64,000 nt of DNA from Podarcis tiliguerta (GCA_965153285.1 OZ229110.1); one strand, 5' to 3'. Positions 13,266 through 28,500 are shown, numbered from the stretch's first letter. Notes: a model not told the origin generated them from the letters alone. Made by a program: numbers and translations.

Positions 13266-13421
13266 NNNNNNNNNNNNNNNNNNNNNNNNNNNNNNNNNNN
13301 NNNNNNNNNNNNNNNNNNNNNNNNNNNNNNNNNNNNNNNNNNNNNNNNNNNNNNNNNNNNNNNNNNNNNNNNNNNNNNNNNNNNNNNNNNNNNNNNNNNN
13401 NNNNNNNNNNNNNNNNNNNNN
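13266..13421. other. Assembly gap (156 N)
   Basis: Run of N characters. Confidence 1.
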
Positions 13422-13940
13422 ATTATTATTGTCCCCATTCTCTCTCATACCTACCAAAAGGAAATGGTTTTATTTTCAGTGAAAGGAACTCTCCAGGGAA
13501 AGCCTTTTAACTTGCGATGAAAAAAGACTGGCTGCAGGAATCATACATGTGTCACTGTCTCCTCACTTGCTGCACTTTTTTGCTGGTTGATATATTTAGC
13601 TACTCTTAAGCAGCCATCGTAGCCGTGGACACCTTAATGCTCATTTTAAAAAATCATGAAGAAATTTATCATATATAATAACATCCATTAATCCCTCTCA
13701 ACTGCCCCCTTCTGATGAAAAAAGTCCTAAACAGTTTAGAGCCACATTTTTCTCTGCCACTCATCAACCTGCTATTTGTCTTCCTTTTATCACTGTCAGT
13801 GATTCATAAGAGAAGAAAGTGGGTCTCATTAAAAGAAGTGACAGGGAAAGCTGTTTGTCCTGCTAAATAATCCCATGCGGCATTTAATCCTCAGGTGTGT
13901 GGTGCTAAGGGGCAAAGAGCTTTAAAGCAAGGACTATAAT

Positions 13941-13978
<38 letters not shown>

Positions 13979-16900
13979 TTGTGCATGGCTCTGGCAGGGG
14001 GGAAATTGGCTGCATTAAACTTGTGTTTAGTATTCCAGAATCAGGTAATGTTTTGTAATCCTAGTTGCTTAACTTGAGGTCAATTCTGTCATAAGAATTC
14101 TCAAGCATGATAAATGTTTAGAACAAAATTAATTAAAAAAACCAACAATAGAATGTTCCCTAAGCCTTGTACCTAGTCAACATATTTCTTGTTTCCAAAA
14201 TTTATGACACTGGGAGTTCTTTCCACATTCAATATATATCACACCTGAAACCAGTTTTAGAAAACAAATGCAATTCACTATATTGTTTATATTCTATACT
14301 AGAAATAGAAACTGCCTTATCCAAGCATAGATGTATTCCTGGCTGCAATGGAAACTAAAATATTGTTACATGCATGAAGGGATAACTACCATACTCATGC
14401 TTTCTATTTACTGTGTTGTTGTGTTGTCTACTGGAATGTTGGTTACTGTTATAAAATAGATTATTATGCTTCAAGTTTAAATAGAAAAAAAGTCTCATCA
14501 TCAGACTTTTCTCAGATCATGTGATGTAAAATCCATTCCTTGATCCAGACCAAGATTTCAGAACACTGCGGTTCAAGTACAGGGCAGTCCATCGCAGTAC
14601 TTACAGCAGCTACCTAGGAGCATATGAATTGCTTGTTTAACCAGGCCAGCACTCTGCCCACCTTCAATTCCAAGCAACTGGTATTCGGGAGCATAATGGA
14701 GGTAGAGCATAGCCACTGTAGCTAGTGGTCATTAGAGGCAGGCAAAGCAAGGGGAATTCTGAAATGAATGACACTAGTCTAGAAGGAAAAAAACTATAGC
14801 TAAATTTGTTATTTATTTCCAAAATTTATAGGCCAGTTCAACACAAAAATCACAGATAAAAACATAAAATAGGCCTAATACAACTTACTTAAAATGCCTT
14901 CTGGAACAGAAAGGTCTTTGTCAAGCTCCTCAAGTTGAACAGGGAGGGGACCTGTCTGATCTCAGCTGGGAGTTCCACAGAATTGTGCCCATATTAATGA
15001 ATGCACAGCTCCTGCTGGAGACAAGCCCAGTGTCTGGGCCATCAAGGACCACTAACAGAGAGTCCCTGAAGATCTGTGATTGGGGAATAATATAAGGAAT
15101 CAGGTGGTCCTTAGCTCAAGGATACCATGCAGTTGCTGAGGGCCTCACAAATTAATACAAAATCCTGAACTCAGCTCAGTGATGTGTGGGCAGCCACTGT
15201 AGGACGAATAAGAGAAAAGTGCCTCCTTCTTCCAATGGGAGGCTTCATGGACTCTCTGTCCCTTCTCTGAACAGCAGGAGCCCTTCCATTTGCAGAAGGG
15301 CCACTCTGGATCCAACCTTCTAAATTTTGCTGAAACCAGAACAATTTTGTCACTATATTAAAGTTTGCACATTAAACTTAGGGTTCATCCATACTTCTGC
15401 TTGTCCCACGATTTTGAGGCACAGGTGTGAGAGGTTTTTCTTTTGTCCCATTGCTTTCCCTGGGAAAACCTGCTGTTTCCTGCTGAGTCTAAGCAAACAT
15501 CAATTGGGTTTTCTGTGGATTGATTGACATCTCACCAAAAGAACGCAGATTAAGCGCTATGGTTTCAATGAGATATTAGTTATGTATGGTCTTGGAATTT
15601 GTTCAAATTGGCATGATTGCAGCACTGCTTCAACACTCTTTGACTAACTGAACTGTGCAATTTAGATTATGCTAAGCATGTTTAGTCAGGCAAAAAACAT
15701 GCTGAGTTCTATGGGTTTCGATCCAAACAAGGTGTGCTTGGTATTGCAGTTTCTCTGCCTCATCCTCCATCAATGGTCCTCCATCCAAAATGTCTTTTCC
15801 TTCCTCAATTTTTATTTAATATTCTGTATGATTGATTTAATGCAATAAAAGGATTTAAACAAATCCAATCAGTCGTTTGATAAGTAATTAATTATTCAAA
15901 GTGCTGCAGAGCATCCTAATCGTTAAGACTCTAACCATCTAATTGATATTTGCTCCTGCATCTGTGCACTAAATTGTATTCCCCTAAGAGAGCTGGATCA
16001 TTTTTGTTTTTTTGGTCACCACTCAAGTTTCCTAACAAGCACATAGAATCATCTAGTAGACACAACAATAATTCATATTTTTTAAACACTGGACATTTAT
16101 TTAGGTTCATTTTTTTTCCTGAACTCATACATTAGAGGATAGATTCTAATTTGTAACATCAGAATATAATAAGCAAATATATAATACAGTAAATTGCATT
16201 TATACACATAAATACAAAATTTGAGGTAGGGCCTCAAGAATAATGATTTATTAAATGAATAATGTATAGTATATCATCATAGGTGCTATATAAGATAGAT
16301 AGATATATAAGATATGCATCCTTTGAAACATAATGTATTTTTTCCCATTAGCTTATACATGGAGAAAATATAATGTCCTGATTAGGGTACATATCTTTAT
16401 CCATAGGCAGCAGTACCCCTATAGAATGCCTGTAGTATTTATGACATTACGCAAGTAATTAAGAATTAACCTATTCCATGATAGGTCCACAATAAAGTGC
16501 CTAAAAGACACAAAATACACTATATACTCTAGGTGATGGACAACAATATATTCTAGTCAAACACTAATTTTATTCCTAACAATGAAATACACCTATAAGG
16601 CAAATGGTTACCTGAAGATGTATTTAAAACATGGCGGGCAAAATCATACTATTGCAAGCAATAAGGTCCAGCCCAGCTTTCACATTTTAAATTCAGTCCA
16701 TCGAAAGCACACACTCGCTCTCTTTCTTTGGTTATTAGCTGCCTGGTGGTGACACAAAGGCAGAAACCATAAATACCTTAAATGCATTTTTCTCCCCTTC
16801 TTCTTAAACCTACAGTGGAATGCTAAGTTCCAGGCAGTTCAATAGGCACAGTTTATTATGTGCCAAAGTTTCGCTACAGGCTAGGAAAACAGAGTCGCAT

Positions 16901-19900
16901 AAACACATTGTGGCTAGTGGCAGCATTTAAGGACTTCTGACTGAAACACTTACTGGGAGGAGCCCAGCAAACACCACCACCGTACATCCTGGGACTTGAG
17001 CGGTGGTGAGATCTCACTCAAGTCACTTTTAAAAGGGACAGAGGTAGTACAGCAGGAACAACATCTGCTAAATTAACCTCTCCCTGTAGCAAAGGAACAC
17101 CTGCCAAGCCTGCAACGGAAAACATTGACATTCCATTCTCATCTTTCTTCATTTGAGACAGAAAACCTGCTAAAAGGTGCAGTTTAATAGGAAAGAAAAA
17201 ACAGCATCTGCATGAAATAAGCAATAATTCTAGTACGAGGCCACTATAAGCCCATAAACCACATAATTGTGCATGTATAGAAAAAGGTATGAGGGAGGGG
17301 AGGGGAGGCTCATTAATGCTAAATGACATTTTATGGCAAAAAGAAACCATAATAAAGAGGAAAGTTTTTCCCCCCAGTGCAGACTAGGCATCCAATCAAT
17401 GGAGCAGAACCTGATAGAAACAATAACTTGGCTCAAATGAAACGTTGGCCTAAATATATTCCAAGCCTTTTTTTTCTAATTAAAGTTCATTTTGTTAAAC
17501 CCTCCTTTTAGAAACAAAGTGCTGCTATGTCGAACACACAGGTACTCTTTACAGATGACCCTAAGGAATTTTAAGGTGGAATATTTCAGCTTTAAGCATC
17601 ATTTTAATGTACAATAGTGCATTTGACTTATTCAAAAGTTTGCTTCATTTGTTAGACAAAATGTGCCACAAAGACAATCTACGAATAGGTTTTTAGTATT
17701 TTCATTTGCAAGGTCATCAGTTATATAAATAGATATGTCACTTTTCTGTAAATATGGCTTTCTTTCTTTTTTACTCTTTTACATTTTTTAAAATTACAGT
17801 TACTAAAATACTTTAATGTTCAGGAAGTGCTCATAAAATAAGTGCAATAACTACTAGACACTCCACACAGGTATGGCATGTACTTGATTATCATATAACC
17901 AAGTTTTGTTTTGTAGATTAAAAGCAAAATACTGCGCTTGATACATTTAAAAAGGGAACAAATGCTTTTGCTCTAATTGAAACGACTAGATCAGTGAAGA
18001 CTGATTTTCTTTTTTAAAAATTTATAGATTCTGTACCCTAGGCACTAGGCAGAAACTAAAATTAGACTGCTCATGTTCAGCGCCCTCAACTGAAGCTTTC
18101 CTTTCAAGAGGATTTTTGCCATCAGATTCAATGGAAAATTACTACCATTTGTAAAATAGGGTGAATTCAAAAATAGTCATTTCCCACAAACCAGTACAAA
18201 GCAAGCAAGTAATATTTGTATCCTTCGGCATACATGTGCTCCAGATTACACACACTGCAGTTCTCCAGACCAGCTGAGTATTTCAGAATAGCTGTATGAA
18301 TTTCTACAGCATTAAGTGCCAATTTATATGACTTATCAGAGTCATAGTGGCCCTTCAAAATCATCTGAAATGTTTGTACATATTGGCTAGCTGCTTGTGG
18401 CCTGTAAGCTTTTACAACCAGCAAGATTCTCTCTAACACACACACCTGCACATACATATTTTTATAGTGATTGCCAAATGCTGGATCCTGTGCATGTGGT
18501 TCTGGTTGTGCACAACTCACAAAAGCTTTTCAAGTGGCGAGTGCTCATGTGGTTACATGATTCAGCCCTTACTCTACCAGCCATGTTTTGAGGTCACCAG
18601 TTTATTTCAGTTCAGCCAAAAATGTCTTAGCAAAGGGACGCGTGAAAGGGCTTGGTAAGGCTACAAACCTCCAGGTGCTTGCTCTTGAACAAATGTGCAA
18701 GAGGGCTGCAACAGGTTTTCTTTTTTAAATGAACTTTAAGTGGAATATTAAGACACAGTTCAGTTGAAATTGAACCTGGAAAAAATGTAATCATGTGATT
18801 AGGTTTTTCAGTGTAATCAATGGGATGGGGGGGGAGGTTAACTTTGGCAGGGCTGTGCCCTATTCATTCTAAATTGTAGGAAACCATGGTTACTTTCCAC
18901 ATCGACTGCTGTGGTTCAGTTTATGAACCCAAAGTATTAGGCAAGAAGGATTACCTACTTTTTTCCATGAAAAGAGTAATACTTGGGCAACGCAATAGAA
19001 AATATATTAAGATGAAAAGCTGCCTTATACTGAGTCAGATCATTGGTCCATCTAGCTTTCTGTTGCCTGCTCAGGCAGTGGCTGTCCAAGAGGATCCCCT
19101 GTCTGTCAAGGATGCAGCAAGGGACTTTCTGTATTCAAAGCATGTGAAATAGCCCATCCCAAAAGGCTTGGACATATAGGGCATGTTTCCCACTTGCAGG
19201 AGAAAATGGGAAGAACTTGTATATTTGGGGTTCTATATCTAAATTACATATCCTATTAGTCTTTTGACTACTGTTGCAGTTGTACATATGTTTAATACAA
19301 TGTAAAGTAGTACATACTTTACTCCAGAAATCTTCAGTTTCCCTCTACAGAAGGCTTACAGAAGGTTCTCAGCTGATGTTTTCGTTTGATCATTATTTTA
19401 CTTTGTATGTTGCCTTGAATGCTATTTTAGAAGAGTTCATGATTAGCAAGTTTTTAAAATACTAATAAAATGTTGCAGAAATAAAATCTGTGCACCAACA
19501 TGCAGTATATGGATTTGGACTGGGTTACAAAAACAAAGTTAACAGAAAGGTAAACATAACACAATATAAAATTATCCTGATATAAACTGGTTTCTTCAAG
19601 ACAGTACTGGTTGATTTTGTTTCATTTTACCCACCATTCTGTTTCAAACTATTTTGTTTGTAAAAGGCTAATTTCTAACTCCTGTTTATGAAATTTATTT
19701 TTGCCAAGAGCAACAGGTGGGTCTCCAAAACACAGCTCAGACAAGAAACGAATGCCAGAATGTAGCAGTTGCCCACTGAATCATCTGGCAACTGGTTCCA
19801 CCAGCACTGAAATAATCCAGGTAAATTTGTGGAAGGTTCACAGTCAGCTTTTCAAGACAGAAGGGAACCAATGAAGACCTCTCTAAGGGCACACACAACA

Positions 19901-22900
19901 TCTTGAAACATCACCTTTTGGAATTAAAGAGACTTCACACATGCCCTATTATTTCATAGGAGCATTTAAAGAGGTTTTCAGCAGATTGTGCTTATGTAAC
20001 TAATAAAGGGATGGGGCAGACAGAATATTTAAAAATCTATTTTCCATTCCAATTGATGGCAATTTGTGCTTCATGTTGGCTGCCCAAGGACTCATAGTCT
20101 TTCAGCAGCAAAGAACTGGCAACACTATTTGCCCCATGGAAGAGAAAGTTCAGCAAAATGATTCTAGGCAACAATCCAGCCACCATTAAGCACACTGTTA
20201 TAACTGGTTATTTCTGTGGAAACCGTTTAAGCAGGATTTTAAACTGTTCCGTTGAAATCAATGGGAAGTACTTAACTGTGGCTGGATCATGCCCAAAGTT
20301 TTGTTTATATATGCATGCTACAATCTGAAACATTTTAAACTTTTGAGTAAGGCCCATTGAACTCCGTGAGGCTTGCTTCTGAGTAGACACACATAGGATT
20401 GCACTTAAATATTTTAAAACACACGTTAAGGTTTATGTCATTTTAGTTTCCATTTTAAAAACTTCCCCACCCACCCGACAGGATGAAAACGGCACATCTA
20501 CAAAACACAGCTTTTAACTCAAGATTTACCTGAGACCCTGTAATGTGAAGACAGGCAAAAGGAAAGATATGATATAAACAGTCCCCTGAAAGAAAGTACA
20601 ATTAGATTGGCTACTACAAACACTAGGAGGGGGAAAGAAACAGGCAAAACTACTCTAAAACTCACCATCTCTACACTGGTTGCTAAGATATTTTATAGGG
20701 ACATATAACAGCACTAGTACACACTACAGGAACACCAATCACTTTTAAAAACCTCATATATGCATGTATAGGATACAAGAGGATACTAAAGGTTACAGTT
20801 TTGCCAATTATTTAAGACATATTTTTCTCCCTCATGTATAGTGCATATACAATACAAACAAGGGTTATTTCTATGGCATTTGTTGAATGTATTCTTACAA
20901 GCTCTATTTTCAATCTAGTTGTTAGGTTTAAAACTACTTTAAGATTAATACTTGTACATCACTGCACATGTTGCAGCGTAATGCTATGGGGTGTACTGTG
21001 TGCAGTAACACAATTATGGGTGGCATGTCCAAGAAACACAATTCTCGCTCTTTCTCGTTTTAGACTGTCCCTATACCACTGCAACTTGTGGTGGTGGTTA
21101 ATGGCATATGAGTTTGGAATAACTGTGGATTGGGAGGAGGGGTATAAAAGCAAAGTATGTACACCTCAAGGTGGTTGTTTTGAGGAAGAATTTGTCTTTG
21201 AAAAGTTATGCGTTGTATATAGTAATAATTATTTTACAATTATTAATAGCAACAATTTTATAGACTAAATTCAGGGTTCAGGTACTTCACTCACCCTGCT
21301 GGCTGAAAGAGAAGAATACATCGAAAGGCTGTATAAAGAACTTTGTAAGAAAATAGCAGGGGCAAAAGACACAGATGATCTACAGAGCTAAACGCTAACA
21401 ACTGTTTTCTATGTAGAAGCTACGATATACATACTATTGTAAGAATATAAAATTAGGCACAAATTATATGATGGCTTCTTGAGAAGGAGAGAGTGTGAAC
21501 GGAAGAGTGGAAAGCAAGGAAAACATGTTTGAGACAAACCTAAAATGAGGACTTGCGTTTTCTTCCCTCTCTTCAGTTTGCCAAAATGATTAAGATATTT
21601 CAAAATACTGAGAACTGAGGCATTTTGATGAAACAGAAATAAAAACCTAGTAGAGTATTAATTGAAATGCATGAAATTAAGACAGGGGTGCCCATCTGCC
21701 TCAGCCTGGCACTCTCTTGCATCAGATTTCAAAACAGAGATACAGCTTTGTCTCCCACAGTATTCAACATCATGCTCTTATTTTATTTTTCTCCACACAC
21801 ACACACACACACACACCTTTAAAAGAGCCTGAAAGGCTCATTAATCTCTCTCCACACCAATGCCAAGTATCATATTATATTAGTGCACTATATTGAAAGG
21901 CTGTCTCCTTGTATGCATTACAAAGCAGCTCTGCTAGTGCCAATGTAACTAGCAGCCACTGAATGGAAGACATGTTGGCAGAATCAGTGGGCTGTATTCA
22001 GCTCCTATGGTGTAAATGCTGGAAGATTCAATTCAAACTCAGGGGAGTCTTTCCACTTTCGTATCTGGCATCACCGAGGTGGGAATCTAGTCCCATATGT
22101 TGCATACTAACTCTCAGCTGCATCCTGCAATTTTAAATTGTTTCATACAACCAATTCCAGCTTGTGTGTGAAGCAGAATAACTGCAGGATGAGGGAAAAG
22201 AGGGCCATAATTTAGAGAGCACATGTTTTTGTGTATGATATTCCAGGTACAAACCTCAGAATGCTCATGAAAAGAGATCTCAGGTTGAGAAAGACTTTGG
22301 CCCAACTGGGTCTAAGATAGCAAGTTTCAGGGCTGCCCGCATGTTAGGTTTGGTAAGGAACAGGATCAATAGGCCACTAGGCCTGACTCTTGTCCTAGCT
22401 ATATATCCAGTTATGGCCACACATTCCATTAAGATATTAGGGTGGTTGTAGGCTGGGGCAAATAGATATGAAAAGGATTTGCCAAAATGGCAGCCCAACC
22501 ACTTAGTTGTAGTATTCCAATAATTTTACATATTAAGACACTTGGTACAGAGATGGTTCCCAGGCCTAATTTAATGTCCTTTAAAATCAATAACCACAGT
22601 ACAGGAAAACAAATTGTTGTGACTCTGCCACACTCAGGCAAACCTAGTAAATTTGCCCCACCATTTTAGCCCCTATATTTACCGGGTTTTTGCAGGTCAT
22701 GAAAGTAGGCTATGGGTACTTCTGTACTAGATGGTTGTTTTGGTAACATATTCACTTTTTTTGTGAAAACCAACAGTAAGATGGTAACCATGGATGTGTC
22801 TGCCTAGCACAACATATAGTTGCCAACCCACTTTTCTGTCAGCAAAACTAAACCACAGGCAGTGCTCATGGTGTTCCCAGATGGTGCCAGCAACCTGTAT

Positions 22901-23165
22901 CCCACTCATATGACTGCAACGGAACAAAAACTATTTGTGTGAAAGAGTAGGATTGGCCCAGCGCTCACAGAAGCAATTTCCCAAAGCAACTGACTGATTG
23001 TCACTGTTTCACAATGAATGCATTTCTTCCTGGGCACCACTGTGTGTAAAAACCCAACCCAGTACTTAAAGTGGTCTATCTAGTTCTTTACTACAAGCAT
23101 GCAACGGTATATCTTACTTTCTAAGCAACCACTTTCAGGCACTGTGAGGAGGAAAAGGGACAATG

Positions 23166-23166
<1 letters not shown>

Positions 23167-23214
<48 letters not shown>
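23167..23214. repeat. (GAAA)n microsatellite ~35 nt into the SLC6A5 3'UTR
   Basis: About 12 tandem gaaa units. Confidence 0.95.
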
Positions 23215-23215
<1 letters not shown>

Positions 23216-23248
23216 GGCTGTACAACATAGCCACAAGTGGGGGAATTA

Positions 23249-23404
<156 letters not shown>

Positions 23405-24680
23405 CTAGAATTTGCAGGAGGGAGGAGAATTAAAAAAGTTACAGAAAGCAGATCAGGATCAGGTGAAATTAATGATATGTTAATTACACTGCACAGTATT
23501 ATCACAATACTCTGCCATTCAGTGTTTGTTTTCCACAAGGCTAGTAGAAAGAAGCATTCAGGTTTTAATTATCCGGCCTTCTTCATCTTCTCTCTCTCCT
23601 GTGTCCCCAAAATCAGGCACATGAAAACAACTCACAATCACAGACACCCTTCACCAAATTCACACACCAAAGCACATGTGCTCAACTATGTAGCCCAATC
23701 ATCTAAGCAGTAGGTTGCTGCATGAAAATAATTGGATTTTTGTTTATCAAATTTCCCCAAAGTATACAGATGACCAAAAAGTAATACAGTGCCAAGACTA
23801 TGCAAATATTTTAATTATCAGATCACAAATTATTTTAGTACTATGTGTGGAGGGGAAACAATGAGTTAATTCTGCAAAGATGCAGACAATTAAAAACTGA
23901 AGTCATTGTTAAAGATAAATAATTTGACTGGTGAATTTTATATAGAAAAAAGCAAAGAAAAACATATTTATGATGGTTTAAAAGGGAACAATTATATGTT
24001 TATTGCCTATTAAAGGGAATCAAGCCTCCATATCAGTTATTTTAATTTCTGCTTAATTACCAGCTTGCAACCTTTGCCTCCCAAATTGACTGTAATGAAC
24101 TGGGTAACTCAGCTACTGTGCTGAAAATGAAATAACTGCTTCAGTGAAATAATTTCCTTTCAGACAAGATGCAATGTTTTGGCACTACTTTGGGTAATAT
24201 CATTTAAAAGAAGAAGTGATGGCAGGTTTTTTTGAATACGCAAGCTCTTAAGGTTAGAATTTGATGAACAAAGTTACTGACTTGAGAAAGAAGGGGTGGC
24301 AGCCTGAAAAATGCAATAGGTTTTAGTATAGGTTTTAACTCACTTTACAGGTAGTTCAGAAGAATCAAAACAAAACAATAAACTCTTGTTTTTATTGCTT
24401 TGCTGTGTCACTACTTGATAACTCAGAAGCTATGTTTTCTATACAGTATGCTTATTTTGAAAGAAAAAAAATGATAATCCCCAGAAACGGGGCCTAGTGC
24501 AGTTATTACAGTACTTGCAATTTTATGTATTATTGAACACATAGTACTTTCAAGTATTCAAAGCAGTTTACATACACCATTTCAACAACAGTTCAGACTG
24601 TGGAGTGTCTTGCCTCATCCACTAGGCCTAAAATCTTTCAACTTGACTCCATTATGTCAATAGAACAGGCCCTTAAATAT

Positions 24681-25195
24681 TGTTGTGAGTTGGGCGGTTA
24701 GGCTATATACCAAACCCTTTCTAATTCCTGGGTCCAGCAAAGATTCAATTGTTGGACTAGCCAGGCCAGCTGCTTGGTGAGCTAATGCCCCTCTAATTAT
24801 GGGCTGTTAGGGTAAAAAAGGAAGTGGCTTTGTGCCGGAGGACAAACAGCTGGGCCCCTACCTCACCTGGCTGTAAGAAAAAAGGACATGGAGCAGAGTT
24901 GAAGTGGGTGTTCATGTGTGTTAGGGAGCTAGAAGCAGGCAGAAACTGGAGAGACAGAGACATGCTTGGTTTCTATTTGAATCCAAGGCTGTGGCTATGG
25001 GAGAAGCAAGGCCTTCTGGGGTGTTAATGTTGTGACCCTCTCCATTGTAGGCTCAGGTTGTCTATATGTGTAAATAAACCAAATCCCATAAAGACATCAT
25101 AATCTCTGCTGTCCCTCATTCCATGGAAACCAAACCCTTGGGTAAGGGCCTGGAAACCCAGGAATCACACACCGCTTGAAGATTCGTGTGCAACA
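24681..25195 (+). mobile_element. Solo LTR (515 bp) in the last SLC6A5 intron
   Basis: Terminal inverted repeat TGTTG...CAACA, 4-bp TSD atat on both sides, AATAAA at 25073. Confidence 0.75.
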
Positions 25196-25331
25196 ATATA
25201 TTCTAAGTCAATGTGGACCATCCCCACTCCATCAGTGCTGAGTCATTATGTTAATGGGATGTGATTCTTTTGCTTTTCTAAGCACTGTTTTTGAAACTGG
25301 TGTAAACACATGAGATAACAACCTTATCCTA

Positions 25332-25559
<228 letters not shown>

Positions 25560-28500
25560 TCAGCAAACACACTTGGATACAAGCTGTACAAAATGTATGA
25601 GTACATTATACATGCACACACACACAATTTGATTCATTTGAAACGGTATGTGTGCACATAAACAGTCCATATCATTATACTACAATAAATATACTTCTAT
25701 AATCAGATCAGAGCCTCTGTTGTACCAGTGTAAACCTAGCATAATTCCACAGACATCAATGGAATCAAGTTATATTTACATGTGGGAATGAGACCAAAAC
25801 TTTGTACCTACAGTAAAAAGCTTTATTATGCAATCTATTGGCAGTGTAACTGAATGTAATTGTATTATTATTTCATTGCACTTACTGTATATAGAGCAAT
25901 GCATCTGCTTCTGCTGGTGCATAATTCAGTAACATCTATGAACTGCCTACATTTACCATAATTTAACACAGAAGGTTTATAAAACTGTTGCCATTAATGC
26001 ATATATAAAAAATGACAACTCGTGAGATGTAGATCCATTTAAAAGCAACCTTAACTATTCCTATATAGCAAATGTTAGTTACATCTAATATTAGTCTGAA
26101 CAAAGACAAAGACAAGAAAGACGCAGGTTGGCTTTTCCCCAGTCTTATGTAAAGCACTATATGCATGTTTATCAGTGTGAAAAACTTCCTCTGTTATGAA
26201 CAGAACTCCACACATGTTACTGTTGCATACTGTATCTTTCTTCCCTTAGGTAGGACAGTGACCTAGGGGTGATTCTTAGCAGAAAAGGGGTAGATTTTGG
26301 CTGGAAGAGAAAGAATTGGGCAGTGCCTTCTCCACCATTTCCTCAGCTTAAAGACACAGCCTCTCTTTGCTGCTTTGTTGTTGTTTTTTAAAGGTGGGGG
26401 TGGGGAGATACATGCAGCTTCATGTCAACAAAAATGAACGAGGCACATTAGGGGATCTGGGAATCTTTCCCTGCTGTTGGACAAGGGTGGAAAAGGCTAT
26501 TTTGTTTCCTTTGTAATCCCCTCTACCCCATATTATTATTTCATTTCCGGATGTTGTTATTCACTTAAACTGATGCTATTAGTGCTGAGGACTGCATGTG
26601 GTGAGCAGGCCAGGAGGTAAGGACAAGAAGGTAGGCAGTGGAGAAGGCAAGCTGCCTCTGCTGGTAGCCTCATTCACTTGCACCCACAAGAGGCAATGGT
26701 GGCAGGGAGGAGGAGGGGAGGAGGTCAGTGCCTAGCGGACAAGTGGCAGGCAGCGACTGAGTCAAATGGCAGACCCCTCACAGGGCTAGATAGAGGGGGC
26801 AGCCCTTTGATAAAGCAAATCCAACCTGCTTGTAGTTTTCAGTTTGCTGCCAGTCTGGCTGCAATGCAACCTATCTCTGCCACCAGAACAGGACTCTGCA
26901 CCTACTCAGGAATAGAAGAGCAAGAAGCATTCATCAGCCAGTTACAAAGGAGCAACTAGGACACCAACCACTCCTAGTATAATTCATATCTCTCTCTCTC
27001 TGTGTGTGTGTGTGTGTGTGTGTGTGTTTCCTACATCACACATAAATCCTGGATCATATGATGCACACACACAACTTGAACTGTGGTATGGCTAACTTTG
27101 TGGTAAAATCTGTTCTTTGTGTAGGCCATTCGCTGCTTTCCAGAGAATGTAACCCAGTTGAAATATGGATTGTAATCTGAAAATCTGTGTGGCTGGTATT
27201 GCTTAGCAGAAGCATATACAATAGCTGAGCCCCTTATATGATTATATGATAATCACCACATCACACTGAAGTACTGAACAATGGCATCCCTTGACCTTGC
27301 TGAGTTTTGCTGGGTAGTTTTCAACCCCATCTGCCTACCAATATATCATATATAATCTAAAATGACTGGGCAAGTGACGTGTGGTAACACAGGGTAGCCT
27401 AAAACTGAAATATATATAAACTTAGTTTTGTGGGGTATTATTCTAGTCCAAGCCAGTCTTGGAGTGGTAAAATCTCTCAAAACAAAACTATGTGCGTTGT
27501 GTCATAAAAAGGGCACTTACCGCTTCTCTCCTGGATTGGTTTATGTTTGACCCCACCCCCATTAGCTAGGACAAAAGAGCATCCCAATGATAAGGAGGAG
27601 AAGGAAATAGATTTTGTGGAATTTTTTTGTCCTAAAGTTTTTCATTTATAGAACACTATCTGTAAATAGCAAACGGATGAACTCTGGGAGCAGTGCTTGC
27701 TGCTATCCAGGTGGCAATAAATTTGGAGAACAATATCGATGCAATTCTGCAATCGACAATGACACCAATTTTTTAAAGTAAGTATTTACAGCAGTTTTAG
27801 TTAGTTTTTTTAAAAAAAAAAAAACCAGGCAAGATTTCCATGTTGTAATCTCAGAGTCCTGTGGCTGCAGTCTGGGTAATCAGGTCAACATGTCATCTAT
27901 GTTTAGTGGGGAAAGTCTTTTTGTACCTCTAAATCATCTCTGCTTTTCCAAAAAAAAGTGAATAAAACTATGTAACAATACTATACAAATTTTAACCATT
28001 TCTGGGTTAGCTATTTAAATATAGCATCTGAACACGCACATTGCCTACCTTTCTGTCTGCTGACATGCATTAATATATCCTAGATTTTAGTGGGATTTTT
28101 CAAAGATAGCATCTTATTACTTTAACTGGTCTTAAATTAACCTACTCATTTACATCCATCACACTTTCTCTTTCTCATAAAAATAATAATCACCTATTGA
28201 CAGAGACATGCTGTTCCCAATTCATAAGAGAAAGCAAAGAAATGATGAGGTGGGGAGGGAGAAAGAGGTGAGAGACAAAATTCACAACAGTTGTATGCAT
28301 GTGTGAATATCCTTGCCCATTGTATCTCAGATTTGTACCACTAACTTTAACCTACAATAGAAATGCTTAAATGTACTGATCTTTTAAACTATTGGATTAA
28401 TTGTTGTAGTTAGGCTTTCAGTCTGGGAAGAAACAGACTGCTTTAGGTTCTAACACTTGGACATAAAGGGTTTAAAACGTTCTACCTTCAATAAGCTGTT

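Noticed and set aside
13185-13520. ORFs spanning X runs
   Set aside because: Artefacts of the N gap.
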